Of a DNA stretch of 64,000 nt, positions 1 through 15,273 are shown in pieces. The stretch lies in the NCBI GenBank assembly GCA_965645245.1, contig OZ287070.1, forward strand, positions 1,178,001 to 1,242,000. Direction: 5' to 3'. The notes under the pieces were generated by a model. That model saw only the letters and a program-made list of their open reading frames with translations, was not told the DNA's origin and searched no databases. Source of the DNA: Massalongia carnosa (lineage: Eukaryota). A program made the translations under genes and the position numbers. Every line of letters starts with the position of its first letter. Positions within the stretch are counted from its first letter, which is position 1.

Positions 1-335
1 TGGTAGAATAGAAACCCGGAAAATATTAGCAGTATCTCTACTTCAATTTCCATTTGAAGTCCCACTCACATAAAATAATTGGAATTTGAAGCACCATCCC
101 CACCAGAGTAATCGGAATCGAATTGTACCCTGGCTCCCGCCTCTCTTCCCTCCGAAGAGAAAAGAGAAAGGCAAAAGCCAGAGGCACGCTGCGTATTGCA
201 CTAAAGTGTCATACCTTTCCTCCCTTGGATCCCAACCCCAAGGCCCTCCATGACAGAGAGCTTGAAGAAGGTGTCCAAAAGAGTTAGAAGTACACACAAT
301 CTTCGCAACGGCTCTCCCATAGGAAACACCCATAC
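1..335 (-). other. Probable 5' exons/introns of a gene running off the left edge of the window
   Basis: Minus-strand donors GTATGG (335) and GTATGA (214), an ATG at 251, and a branch site GCTAAT plus pyrimidine tract ending at the window edge. No product recognisable. Confidence 0.3.
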
Positions 336-3300
336 CTCAGTTCAATCCACCTCGACAACCTTTTCTCGCCGCCCCCACCGAAGTAGAGACAACGAAATTA
401 GAGAATAGAGCAGGAGAAAGTCGGTTGGGGTTCCTGCTTTTCTGATGCCAATTGCAGAACGCTTGCGCGTCAGGCCCTCGCAGGCAGAAAACCCCAGCAC
501 TTTTCACTCCGAAGAGTTTGAGTGGAAGGGGTTTTGTGGGATTATGAAGATTACTCCGAATTTCTCATTTGCATGATGGAGACATTCTGCGGCCGAGCGC
601 AGATATCATTCGTAAGCAAAGAAACGCAGCGTTGGTGGAGATGGTGCTTGAAGGAAAAGGAAGAAGAAGAAGAAGAGAATATGACTCTAATGTTTCTTCT
701 GTGGCGTTTTTTTCTGCCGACTTAACTAGGAGAGCGGTGAATGATAACCCCCGCACTATCCCCAAGTAAGCTTAACGTGCTACAGAGTACGAGTAACTAC
801 AGTGTACTCCATCGCCAGATGACTAAGCAGGCAAACGACTTAGATACTTTCTATTAAAGTACAAGGTATGGTACTTATGGTGTTTAACACCATCAAACAT
901 AGATTATACTCTGATTTTTGTCATCCACCGGTCATTTTAGACGACTCTTGCTTATAGAGCACGGATTTTCCAACGGGAATTCCGTTTCCTTTGATCTGCT
1001 CAAGCTTTGCCCGAAATCGTTCATTGTTGCACAAAATCGACTAATTTCCCCTTGAGCGGGTTTGGTGCCACCGTTTCCCGGCTCAACTTCACGTTGCCGA
1101 TGGCATTTCGATGCTTGGATCTATCAAGCACGGCGAGGCAATTTCCGCTTCCACGTTTTGAGAAGGGGGAAAAAGCTTGTGATGCAGCCCAAAAAGTGAA
1201 AACAGACGCCCTACTCCACAAACGGCAATGCAGTTTATCGGTTAAAATATCTCGCATGATAGCACAAGCAAAGCACTGTTTTTCGTTGCTAATGATTTTA
1301 ATGAAAATAATGATGTTTCCACATTAATCAAGTGCAGTATGCATGTATTTGGGTGTTACGAGGGAAGGAAATCGTATACATATATCTGATAGACAAACTA
1401 AGCCTACGATCTCCTACTAGCTTGACTTATCTCTACGCAAGACCTAGGCGGTGCCAACGCAGGTACGGAAAGCATCAACAACGTTTCAAAAACCATGTTC
1501 ATGATTATTTAAGAGAGATGTGTGTATTGCCACACGGAAAGAAGCAACATCAGCACGTCAAGTCGCAAAGATCAATGATAATGTTGCATTCCTAAGGTTG
1601 GCCAGCGATATGTTCTTGTTTTGCGATAGGTATAGGAGAACCTTTCTGCTTTGCGTTGATTGGGTAATTTGGGTCGCATGATGATGATACATGTCTAAAG
1701 ACTGTTGGTGGAACACAACCACACTAAGTGGAGCGGCAGTGGCTTTATCACACGTAATGATACGCCCGAAATCCTAGTTGTCCCGAAAGAGTATGGATAA
1801 GTAGAGGTACAGAGTACTAGTCCCTGAGTGACCGTTTCTCCTCTACGATGGGCTCAAAGTCTTATTCTGTACACTTGTGATGCACGCATAACGGGACAGA
1901 GTACCTAACTACTTGTGAAGATGTAAACCTCTCCGAGTTCAGATTCCTAGAAACGTCTGAACGTCTTTGGAAGCCATATTGCGCTTTCCTCCAACTAACC
2001 GTTAGAGGAGATGGACAATGCAACCCAAAAGGGCGAAAACCAAGTTATGATTGTTTGCTGCACAGAGTACTTTGGAGCTACGGAGTACTCTGTAACGGCA
2101 TCAAACGCCTCGGGGCCCTCGCCGCCTCATCCGGGTTTGGTCGCGGCGGACAAATCACAATTCTCAGGGTTCGATAGGGCAAGGTTAGACCTGCCCCAGC
2201 ATCCAAATTCCAAATTAGACTTTTTTCGGTCTAATGCCGAGGCCGTAGGCACAGATCCCTTCACGGATCATGGCGACCCTGTTCCACCTATCGCCCGCCC
2301 TCTCTTTGCATTCCCGAACAACACTCAGGCTCAACGAGGTAAGGGGAGCTGTAGGAAGCTCGAGTGAACAACGATGAAGTCTCAGCTACAAGATTGTGAG
2401 AGGTCCGTATGGACCGCACAATCAGGACAACAAAGAACATCTTTGTACTACAGAGTATAGCGATCGGATAGTCTGCGCGCTTGTCCAAACCGACGAAGTT
2501 GGGATTTCGGTCAATGCTACCCTATCTCGGCATCATTGCGCTGGCACCGGATCGTTTGGAGAAAGCATGAAGCTACACGGGGAGGAGTGGCGAGAACATC
2601 GGTGATGAATGTTGGCCCACTGGAGGTGGTGAGGTAATTGGGGTAGATAACCTGACCAAAGAGGCAACTCGATCAATTCGTTTGGAAACATCTATAACGT
2701 TATTGGGGGTTACTCTGTAGTTATCTCGAGTCGAATCGTTCGTTAAACTAACGAGATAGGGCACATGATGGGGAACTGCACAACGCTGCCTTGTGCCTTT
2801 GCCTTGCCTTGCGTTGCCCGTACCTTGGCGGAAGCTTGAGGCTTGCTTGCTCTCGGCGCCTTGCTCCCTCGTTCCCTCGTTCCCTTGTTCCCTTGTTCCG
2901 TCGATTGCCCATTATTACTGTGTATTCACACTTCAGTTCCTTCTGCGGTTCTGGGGCCCCCACTTGGGATCAAGTCCTTATGGTACCATACAGGGTACTC
3001 TGTATTTTACCTTTATTGTCCCACCCAACCAAAGCTGACACATTCTGGCATTCTGGTCGACTCTTACCCACCTCCATTCATTCTTCCCCCCTCCACCCCT
3101 CCCCCCAAGCCCAAATATTCCAATCCACTGCGGACAATGAATTAGAACGAGTGCATTTGGTTTGCTGAGGTATTCATCGCTGTTCCTTTCAAGCACACGA
3201 CACTTCCTACTATCCGTCGAGCTGTTTGTCTGACCCAGCGGGACTGGTAGCTCAACAACTCGTTATGTTCTAACCCGCCATTAACCCTCCACCTTCTTGG

Positions 3301-3362
3301 AATATTCTTCCGTCTTGGAAAATAGAAGTGTCGAGTTACTGGCATATTCAGTCTTCCTCAGC

Positions 3363-5659
3363 ATGGATTCTCTCATCGTACCAGCGAGTGGGCTCACGCT
3401 TACAGGCAGACCCGCCTCCAACCTACAGACTGACCCCACCAATGTGGGAGCCAAGTCACCTCAAGTTCTGCAGTTGGATCTAACACAAGCTGTACTCGAA
3501 GAGCTCTTAAAAAATGCTGTCGCTGGCGGGAAGGGTATACATGTCTCGTTTGGAAAAGTTCCTGTAAGTCATCCATCATCGTCAATGATCCGCTGTCTGT
3601 TGGACTGTTGCTGATGTTTCGCTAGACTCTTCATTATGGCAGCAAATCACACCAGCTCCTCACCACGCCACTGCCGTCACAAAGCGAATTATATAGCTAC
3701 TCGACAGACTGCACGAACGAACTCACGTTCGCTGGACTGCTTAGCCATAAGCTTGCCATGAAGAAGGCTCAGGACAACCTGGCAGGGACTGATGCCGCTT
3801 TGGCAATGCTACAAGGCCAAATGGCTTCGCACCGGCAAAACAAGCAGTCTAAGCAGTAAGTGATCGTTATATCAGTGTTTCCAGCAAGCCATCGTCGCTG
3901 TTGTTGACATTAAGGCTTTTTTAGAATCAAGTTCGTTCCAGACAGCTCCGATCTTCCACCTCCAGTTCAAGTAAAGCAGGCTACCCTAAAGGCGTCTTCA
4001 CTTGCCCAGCTCAAGAAGCATAAGGCCTCTAGCCGACTGAACGCTGCCACCACCCGCTCAATGCCTTCGAGTCCTGCTATCGGAGCTTCTCGCTCCCTAG
4101 CCGTACCCCCGACCTCTGTTCCAACCATTCGCGACGAGAAGAACCAGAAGTTACAAGCCTTACGAACTCCACTTGTCCATCTTCTTGCAGTTCGACAAGT
4201 CTCCGTGAAATTTCTGGCGCAAAAAATTTGTTGTACCCAGGAGGAATGCCGAGAAGTCTTGCAAAAGGTTGGGCGGGAGTTCATTCTCGACAACTCAAAG
4301 TGGGATCTCTCAGATAAAAGCTTCAAAGAACTGGATGTTTGGAAGTTTCCCTATCCTTGCGAGGCTGATCGGCAGTTTGCCATTGATCATGCCGTTTCCG
4401 CCTTTGACCGAATGCGAATCTCTCGTGAAGAAAACCTGTGGCAGATGCTCCTGCCAAAGGATGAGAGAGGCAAGGGCAAGATTCTGTCGAAACTAAACCT
4501 ACACGTCGGTCCGATGCAGAAGAGCAGCACTCCAAGAATCAATGTCCACCCGACTGATGACTCCATTCAGACAGGACAAGAGACGGGCAATGACAGTGAT
4601 CGGAAAGATCGATTAGCGCCCAGCGATGCGGAGCCAATGGTCAGGTCAAAGTCACACGATCAAATTACGAAGAAAAAGGTCAGCGAGAAGGAAGCACAAT
4701 CAAAGCGACTGTTATCAAAGAAGCCAAAGAAGCCTGTACAGGCTTCCAAATCTAAAGAGGCTCAACCTAATGTGAAGAAGGGGACAAAGAAGGAACCTGC
4801 TGCTTCGAGCAACGTACCCAAGTCAACAGAATTTGTCCACGACTCTGATGAAGACGTGGAGATGGGGGATGTTGGTGCAGTTCAACCTAAGCATGCTCTC
4901 ACTCATTCCTCAACCAAAGAAGCCAAGAAAGCCCCACAAGCGGTAGCCACGAAAGTGCCGGGCGGCTCCGCGAAACCTAGGATTCCCGAGCAGAAGAGGA
5001 AGATTAATGCACCATCATCAACGGTCGCTGGAAAGAAACTCCCCACTTTAAGCTCTTCAGGCTCGAGTCAAGGCTCTATCTCGATGTCGAAATCACTTTC
5101 TCACCAGCGAAGCACAAGCTCTCCACATAAGCCATCTCCTCTAGGCTCTTCTCCTCCTACAAATGCCTCTGACTTGGACAACGACTCGCTTTCCCTCCTG
5201 GCGTCCTCGACCTCGTCGACCCCATTAGTTGCTCAAGCACGAAAAACAAACAACCCCACCCAGGCAGCTTTACTGGGTAATTCTCGGTCGACTCCTCAGC
5301 CAGCTCAAAACAATTCCGATAATTCCTTGAAACGAAAGGCGAACACTATTGATTCTAGTATCCATAACCACAATCACACGCTGGTTGATGGCCCCATCAA
5401 CTCAACCAAGCGCCAAAAAGGATCCATACTATCTCCGCCAACGTCTGACAGTAGCAACAGCAGTCCACCGCCGATTCGAAGCGAGACCATAGACTTGGCT
5501 CAACGGTTCAAGACATTCCACGCCAAGTATGAGAAGCAGTATCGAGAGCTGACCGGGTGCCGGGATCCGCCAAAAGAGGAGGTTGATAAGCTTCTCAAGA
5601 TGCACGATCGGCTCGTGGCAATGAAGGACGAGATCTCTAGAAGCGTGGTTGTTGGGTGA
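3363..5659 (+). CDS. RNA polymerase II elongation factor ELL-like protein (3 exons)
   Basis: Exons 3363-3563, 3626-3855 and 3925-5659 join in frame via GTAAGT..TAG introns. Central folded region (LRTPLVHLLA...WDL...ELDVWKFPY), long S/K-rich linker, C-terminal occludin/ELL-like helix (AQRFKTFHAKYEKQY...LLKMHDRL). Confidence 0.7.
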
Positions 5660-6608
5660 CGATATTATGGAATTGAGCACAGAAGAAGGACCCCGTACAT
5701 TGTTTAGCGAGGCGTTGGAGGATCCAAAAGGATGGGTTGTGGGATGCATCGGCATATCAGGAGTTACCTAGGCCAGCGTGAAGAATCAGCGCTGTTGATA
5801 ATGGGTTCGGGCAATAGGAATTTAAGAGTCTGCCGATTGGGTCAGCATGGGCGATCATCTTTGTTGGTCCCGTAGCAGGCATGTTTGGCAATCATCTACA
5901 TGCCCTAGACGAAGAATATGTCCTTGTAGCTAGAACCATGAACATCGTCAAATAAAAGTATCGTGGTCACCACACTCGTCATTGAAAAAGTTTAAGTTCC
6001 GTCGGTCTCTAGTACGAGAGTAACCTTGACTTGTTCGAAATCCAAATTTAGCGTCTTTACGCGGCACGTACCGTCGTCGGGAAGATTTAAGGAAAGGGGA
6101 ACAGCAGCGCTAACACACTCGTACCTGACGTATATGCAGGGATAAGGAAGCCCTTAAAGACCCCCGGAGTCGGGACGTTGATCCAGCGAATGGGAGCATT
6201 CCGACATCGATCGAGCGTACATGATGTCATGAAAACTGCGGAGTAAGGTAGATAACTCAAGCTTGATTCCCAAGGTCCCTCCGTACGCAAAGTAGTTACC
6301 GTAATACTTACTCTGTACCATAGTACATTGATGACGAATGAAGCTATAGAATACCATACCTACCGATATGTAACTAACTACATGTAATCTACTTGGCTGC
6401 AAACCCCCCTCAATTACTTTCATTGCTGAGCATCATCTACCAACCTACTTACAGTGCGTACTTATCCGATACGATCATCCCAAACTCCAATTAAAGAAAA
6501 AGATCCTTGGGGGGACGTTGAATGCCCCACGGCCTCAGGACGATTTCGAAACTCTCCATTGGCGTTTTACTTCCCGTCTTTGTGGCTGTAATTTTGCTGG
6601 CGTGCGAG

Positions 6609-7594
6609 ATGGCGACTAGGCCGAGTAATTATAATATGAATGGTGAGTTGGGGGTTTCGTGAGCTTTTCTCTCTTTGGTGGGGGTTGGTGGATTTGGGGG
6701 GGGTCTAGGGGAAGGAGATTTTGGTTTTTTGGTTTGGAAACTTACGAAAAGATCATCAGCGTGGGGTTTTTCTTGGTCGTGGTGGGGATTAGGCTGGTCT
6801 TTGGAGCAAGATGGAGTTGAAGGATTTCTGCTTGTATCTATGTTTCTTTTCTTTCCTTGGCTTTGAGTTCTTTCATCCCAAGACTAGAGATAGTGAAGCT
6901 ACAGCGATTAGCTAACAAGCTCACAACATCTAGTCTTCAAAAAGCCCCTGGCCCTGTTCTCCCAATCGCCCATGACAGGCTTCTTCCGCGACGGATACTG
7001 CCGCGTCGGCCCTGAGGATGGCGGCAATCACGCGATCGCTGGTATTTGTTCCACCTCTCCATTCTCGCCTTCTCCCTACCCTTAGGGATGAACTCTTTCT
7101 TGGTGGATTGCTGACGAGGAGATCTACGACTTGGCCAGGAGTCCTAACACGCGAATTCCTGGACTTCTCCGCCTCCCGTGGGAACAACCTTCGCAGCATC
7201 GGACTAGAGCCGGGGTGCAAATGGTGTCTTTGCACCGCGCGGTGGAAGGAAGCCGTAAACGCCCGGATAGGGGACGACGATCCCGTGGTTCCTAAGTAAG
7301 CCAATTGATTCTTGCCTTTGTTCTCTTTTTCTTTTTCCCGTAGAACTCTCTACCTTGCCAACTGAGATGATCTTTTCTGTGTTCTTCTTTCTTGATCCGC
7401 GCAAACTCATCGATTGGGCGGGTAGGGTGTTCCTCCACGCAACGGACGAATCGGCCCTCTCGAACGGGGTCACGTTAGATTTGCTCAAAAAGTTCGCCGC
7501 GGAGGGGGAGGCGCAGGGGGGAGGTCAGTCGTTGGAGAAGAAGGTGCCGATCGAGCCAGGGAAGAAAGATGGTATCGCAAGGGAGACGCATTGA
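6609..7594 (+). CDS. DUF2237 family protein (4 exons)
   Basis: Spliced reading MATRPSNYNMN-VFKKPLALFSQSPMTGFFRDGYC..GNHAIA-GVLTREFLDFSASRGNNL..GLEPGCKWCLCTARW..VFLHATDESAL. TGFFRDGYC and WCLC are DUF2237 hallmarks. Introns ~6643-6933, ~7042-7138, ~7296-7425. Confidence 0.85.
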
Positions 7595-8045
7595 GCGAAT
7601 GGGTCTGAGGAGACGGGGGAGGGAGAGTGGGCACGAGTTGGTAGTGGAGGGAGGAAGGGGGGGGAGATGGGGAGGGGAAATTCCTGGAGGAGAGGCAGAC
7701 GAAAGATAGGTAGATGCATAGATGGTAACACTACCTCCGTTGTCTACCACACTTAGGTGTATGCTCGTGCGCAAAAGCGTAAGAGAATTGATTACCTTGG
7801 AAGCTTGCCTACCCCTCGTTCTATGTAAAATCCCGCCACTCATCTCCGCCTTTATCGCATCTTGGACTCCTTTCACCTTCACGGCTATCCCGATGGCTTA
7901 TCTTTAGACACTGCTATGAGAATGCAGTACTTTAAATTCCTTGTAGGATTTCGAAGGCTCGTTACGGTAGAAAGTAATTTTCTACTGGAAACGGTCGTAA
8001 CTCTTGTTCTTGGTCTTATTCTTATTACTTTTATCGGCTTTTTTT

Positions 8046-8065
8046 AAAAAAAAAAAAAAAAAAAA
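8046..8065 (+). repeat. poly(A)20 tract preceded by a T run
   Basis: Directly visible homopolymer. Confidence 0.9.
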
Positions 8066-8080
8066 GGAACATCAGAAGTG

Positions 8081-8710
8081 TTAAATTTCCTGTAACTTTC
8101 TGTTGCTAAATGTACAAACAACAGAACGAATATATAATTTTGTAGCACCAGAACCATACTGAGGTCTTCCCCCGTGACGAATGCGCAGAAACTGGGTCTG
8201 GGGAAGAGTGCTAGGCTTTTCCAACCCTTTCTTCAGCCAACGGGCGATTGATCGAAATTGGGCATCATCCATTTCTAGTCCTGAACCCGCGGTGTTTTCC
8301 TCCAACAGGGCACTTCTGCAAAAACCCGCATCCCTTCTCTCCGGACCGGTGACTTTCGTTTCCCCCCAGCGGAACAGTCGCCCGAGCTTTTTTGACCTGC
8401 CTTTGAAAGCCGGGAAAATGACAACGTATCCTGAGCTGATACTGGGCTAGTATATCGTCGGATCGATGAGTCTTCCGGATTACATCTTCGCGAAACGTGT
8501 GCCGTAATACTCCTCCTCCGGACGCCCTTTGTTGTCCATAAAACATGCACGGATGGAATCGTTTCCGTTTACTTTGCTAGATCCTTAGCGCTCATCCTTA
8601 TCTCCACAGGATGCCTTCTCGTTTTGCCGTCGGGAATCTGGCGCGCACTGCAGGTAGGAGAGCTCCAGGTCGCTCGCTGTCTTCTTTGGAGTGAATGGAC
8701 TGTTTGCCAT
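8081..8710 (-). pseudogene. Possible decayed orphan gene
   Basis: One minus-strand frame from ATG 8710 to TAA 8081 (210 codons) has only 3 internal stops and reads protein-like. Splice-like signals lie upstream (~9150-9270). No family recognised. Confidence 0.3.
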
Positions 8711-9839
8711 TTGGATCTGTAGGCTCTCAATTGAGATTTTTCTTCTGAGGATCGGTAATAACCTCTGGGTTTGGTAGATTTCGATAGCGGAAGATTAGAC
8801 TGTAGTTTTTGTTAAGCAGACACTTGGAAGCAAAGTTTGCAATCCTTGCTGAGTGGAGCATTGCTGTCCGCCGGTAGGGCACTGCGCTCATTGGGTCGGT
8901 GGTAATGGTAGTGCTGGTGGGATCTCGGAATTACTACGTGAGTGTGAATAGCATATATAGTATAGATAAGCTTGGCAAAGTTGATGATCGAAGAAACCAC
9001 GTCATGAAGTCCTGGCTGGCTCTAGACTGTTGCAACTTCTTTCCTTCTCGGAGCCTTTAAGTTTCCTCGGAAAGGCTGTTGATTCAGCTCGTTGATCGTC
9101 GAAATGATTGATTCTCCGAGTTTGTGGCCCTGTGGGCGACTTGACAAGTTTGCTATTTCATTTACGGGCAGTTAGTCATTTCAAATAAAACCCGAGTGTT
9201 TCAAGTTTCCTTTTTGTTGTCAAGCAGTTCATTTGCTCTTCAGCTACCGGTATTTTCTCTTGAACATACATGCTTTCTTGGTGAGACATCGTTGTTCTCC
9301 ATGGTAGAGTATTTTTTCCATCAGCCGTCGACTATCCAATCCACCGAAGAACTCTTTTGCGGGAGGTGCAAAGGTGAATAGATTTTTGGCTATTCCTCAC
9401 AAGGAAATCGGGGGGTTGGGTACTGGTTCGTTCCGAGTCAAGGATCGCTGTATCAAGATACTCTAGTATATCATATTTGGATTGGGAGAAACATTGCCAT
9501 GTATAATCATTTCAATGTGAAAATAGAGAAATGTATGGATAGCGCTATAGTATATTGAGGCGAGGACAGAAGACCTAAGAGTGATACTTGACTGGTAAAA
9601 AAAAAGTGACATGCGGCATGAATAGTAATAGATGGTTTTTATCGAGAGTTGGACCTGTGGGGGCACTAAACGGCAAGCTTGCATTAGTTCTTGAGTGCTA
9701 CTTAAATATTCCACAAATGAGAGAGAACGAATCTGCAGCACTATCAAGGGAATCAATGACAAAACTGCCCCTGTGAATCAATACATCCAACAGTTCCCTG
9801 GAGAAAGCCACTATCGGCGAGTCACCCAGGTCATTATGC

Positions 9840-10898
9840 TCATTCAAGGTTTTCTTGCAACAGCTCGCTGTCTCCGTCGTCGTCACCCTCCTCTGGCACA
9901 AACGGCATGAAACGAAAATCTATAAAGCTCACGTCACCACCGTCTACCTCAACCATGAACTGAAGACTTAAAACCCCCAACTCATCCCCTCTGATGCTGA
10001 CTTTACTAGCAATGGCCATTGCCCTACTGGCTCCTTTGATTGAAGAAAATTTGTAAAGATTAACCGTCCTCTTGGATACCTGGAAGGTTTCTAATAAATC
10101 GGGATTTTTGCTGAACTCTACTGTTGCGGAGCCCAGTGGACCAGTGGAAGATAGAGTGAAATAAGGCGCCGTGGGCGAGGCTACGATGGTGAGCCGAGTA
10201 GGCGATGTAGAAGAAAGCTCGGTGATGGCGTCATAAAGCCAATTTGCGCGCATAATTATCTTGTGCGCAAGAGCATCCAACTGCAATGGAATATCTTCCT
10301 CGAATTCAGGCTCATACGTGACAAGCTCGCATGTCGTTGTAACACCAGCCTCCTCGAGGATAATACACAACGGATCTCCTGGGGCATTATAGCTTAGCCG
10401 GCACATTCCGGTCATACCAAGAGCCCTATTTTCAAACGCCGCAGCTGGTCCACCTCGGGCTAAAGAAGCTGTCACGCCTCCATAAGAAGGATCGCGGTTA
10501 GCCCAGCGATCCTTGCCGTCATTGATACCAAAGATTTGCAGTGTCTCGAGAAGGGAGGAGAGTGAGATTTGGAATACGGGAGTCTCGGTTTCTTCTTGAC
10601 TTCCATCGTCAGTGGGAGGTGAGTATATGTATGTAGTAAATAAAGATTTCTCCAAAAAGGCAAAACCTAACATGTTTTAATCTCAATTTATTCGGGAAGG
10701 AGTTACGGCAAACAAACCTTGCATCACGCGCATCTGCTCGACGGTGAAGCGCAAACCTTCCGTAGAAATTCTTACTTGAGCTTTGGGAGCAAAATTTATA
10801 CATCGGAGGAGTTGAAAGAGCTGTCGAGCTGAGCTCGAGACGGCTGTGAAAAGAGGACGCTCATAGTGACTAAATGAATCCATTTCTTGCTCATCCAT
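9840..10898 (-). CDS. RAD1: Checkpoint clamp 9-1-1 subunit Rad1/Rec1 (S. cerevisiae Rad17) (2 exons)
   Basis: PLFTAVSSSARQLFQLLRCI..GLRFTVE..VMQG-FAFLEKSLF, TTTCELVTYEP, ASKVSIRGDELGVLSLQFMVE, FIDFRF. Intron 10667-10717. Confidence 0.92.
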
Positions 10899-11741
10899 GA
10901 ACCTTTAGACCTGATTTGCAGGTGTTATGTTTGAAGCTCTCTGGCTCTCAAAGACAGAGGAAGGGAAGCTTTTCGAAGGTGAAAAACCTCGAGAGCGTTT
11001 GACTTTTGAAGGTTTTATTTATGCGTATGAAGAAACGATATAGTACAACACCAACATAGTTCGAGCCAAAAGGCAGCCCTAGACGTAGACCCCTACAGCA
11101 CAGATCATATAAACCGCCCCGAAACTGTGTAAATTAAATGTCAGACTTCCAGCAGCAAAAGCTCATACGGAGCATACATACCCGAACGCTAAAGACGCAG
11201 GTAAACCGAGTAATGGAAGATTCTTGAATGAGCGGTCTTTGATCTATTAGCTACTTTCAGTCGATAGCAATCGACTATCTATTGACTTACTTAGTCCGAA
11301 GAGACCAGTTAGTACGAATGCTGAGGTGGTGTGTTAGAAACTGATTTATGTAGATACGATTGACGAGCGAGACTAACCTATGAACAATAAGGTGAAGCCA
11401 ACAAAAAAATGCCGGTCCTTTGAAACCACAGGGTTGAACGGACTTCCAGCTGCAGCCTCCCAAACCTCATTCAAAGACATTGGGCTTGATGTTAAGTAAT
11501 CGCAGATGACTTTTCGAGTCTATGACTGCTTGTGAAATATGGTGCGCAAGTGAGTCGGAATGTGATGAGTGCTCTGGTACAGGATGAGGAGATTTAATTC
11601 GATCAGGACAATTTACCTTTCCGGCCCGAGGCACGGACGCAAAAGCAATCTCACAAGCGACGAGATTAGCCGCCCGGCGCTAAAGGACTGATGAATCTGG
11701 AACTGTCTTGCTCCTCTCCTCCGAACAGAACTCCAAATCAA

Positions 11742-13158
<1,417 letters not shown>

Positions 13159-13678
13159 AAGGCAAGCTTCCTCTATGGGTCTCGACTCTGGATATTTGGC
13201 ATGAGGGGTGTTTTGGTTGAGAATTTCCCTTGGGAGCAAAGGGCAGATACCCAGGAATCATAGGACGGATCAGGCGCCAAGGTACCGGAAATGTTTATCC
13301 TTTTTTAGGTCGCCGCTCGAAACGGCTATTCTTTGTTTGCGGATGAGAACCAGCTGCTGCATACACCATCATTGGTGTTAATACTGTTCAGTCATTGTCT
13401 CTTGTGACGATAGTTCGCTTGTTCATCGTTTCATTGCCATCATGTGTCTTCTGTGACCGCTGGGTAACCTGATGTGTAGCAAGTCTAGCGGAAGACTTTG
13501 CGTGACTAACCTTAAACCATGAACATGATTGCCAGTTACCCCTTTTTTGGTCATTCTCCGTGGAGAAACAAGGAACATTTATTATCAAAAGCCCTCTATT
13601 GTTGTCGACTCCTCGCAAGACCAGTCGGGCCCTTGTGCTATGGCCTTGAGCAAACGCCATCACAGGGACTGTGCTCGT

Positions 13679-14615
13679 CTATCCTCCAAATCTTTTCGCG
13701 AGCCCCACCAGCCTGCCCCCGCCCCTCTTGGTTGCCCTTGTCCTCATCTTCCCCGGCGCCGCCTCATCAACATCCATCTCCTCCCCGGCCTCCGCAGTGC
13801 CACCACCATCTCCCCCAACCACATCCTTGGCACCTCGCTTCCCCCCCGCCTTGCCCTTATCCCTCCAGCTGTCCTCCAGCGCCCTCTCCAGTGCCCTTTC
13901 GTTTTCTACCTCCCTCTTCCTCGCCTCCTGTGCCTTCCGCCGCACATCCGCGACCTGCGCCTCGATTTCCGCCAGAACACCCACGCACCGCGCGTTCCAG
14001 TCCTCCAGCACAGTGACCATTTGCGGCACGCTGTTGGGGCGCAGGTCGCGCAGCGGCGCCACGGAGGAAACGTCCATACGTTTTTGGAGGGTGTCGAGTT
14101 TGGCACTTAGCAGTCCGGCGTAGATGCTGCTGATGATGAGGTCTTCGAGGGCTCGGATGGAGGGGAGGGAGAGGGCGATGAGGAGGTGGGGATAGCCTAA
14201 AGCTGCGGGGGAGGTAGAGATGGAGAGAAGGGAGAGTTGGCGGAGTTTATGCGATTGAGCTTCGGAGAGGGGGGGGAGATTTGGGGTTGCTTTTAGGCAG
14301 GCGTACATTAGTTAGGCGGCGGATGGGGCAAGCGTAAGTAGGATGGATGAAGGGGGGGTTGGGCAAACCTTCATAGTCAGACCAGGTGCCCCATGCGAAG
14401 ATTTCGAGGAGGGTGAGATAGCTGGCGTGGTCCGGGGAAGCATTGCGGAGCGCTTGGATGTTGGGGGTTTGCAGCAGCTCGGCGAAGACGTATGTGTTTA
14501 GGGCCGAGGTGGCTTGGGTGACGAGATCGATGGCGGCGCGGGGTGAGGTTGCGTTTTTGGAGAGTAGGATATAAGGTTCTAAAGCGTTGAGAGCTTTTTG
14601 CTGCAAAGGGTCCAT
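13679..14615 (-). CDS. CSN7: COP9 signalosome subunit 7 (PCI domain; 2 exons)
   Basis: ALEPYILLSK..ATSALNTYVFAELL..LLEIFAWGTWSDY, then KLRQLSLLS..LEDLIISSIYAGLL.AKLD..VSSVAPLRDL. Intron ~14290-14368. Confidence 0.9.
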
Positions 14616-15273
14616 GATTCTGGGTGATGAAAGTTGTTTGTTTGCCAATGCTAGGGGGGTTTCCGGAAGGTATTTTCTGATTTGGACAACTGTGGCTCAA
14701 CTTCAATATTGCTTACATTGGTAACCACAAGGATGCTACTATACTTAGGTACCTATTAATTAGTCTATCTAGTCTGTAGACCCTGGACGATTTCCCTTCT
14801 TAAACACGTGACACAGCCTCAAGTGATATAGGGCTTAGTAGTATTTGTTCTCGCTCTCGGGCAGTTGAACGATGTAACCTGCTCAGAATAGACCCATCAC
14901 CCTAATTAGCCGTCCAATAACTAAGAAGAGCCCGACACTGCCTTAAACGGTTAGTTGGATCCTTAATAATGCAGTTGCCGCCATTGTCAGCTGTAGCAAA
15001 GGCCCGCAGCTATATTTCAACCAAAGGAGCTGGATCTTCTCTGAACATCCTGTGTACTGTACCTACCGCTTACTTCATATTTACATGCTTTTTAAAGACC
15101 TTCGTTGTTACAAAGTAAATGTCCGACTTCGTTCCACCCATAATGAACAAATGAACAAATGACACGCTTACAGCCTCCCCGACAGTTTACTCTGGACTTC
15201 AATTGTTAGGCGCTGGATTCGACTTTCTTGACTATTCTCTCGCACGAGAAGCACAGATCTCGAATCGCGCAAA

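Noticed and set aside
13519..14123. Three overlapping plus-strand ORFs of 150-193 aa
   Set aside because: Shadow ORFs antisense to GC-rich CSN7. The same applies to ORFs opposite CCC2, ATG2 and CHK1.
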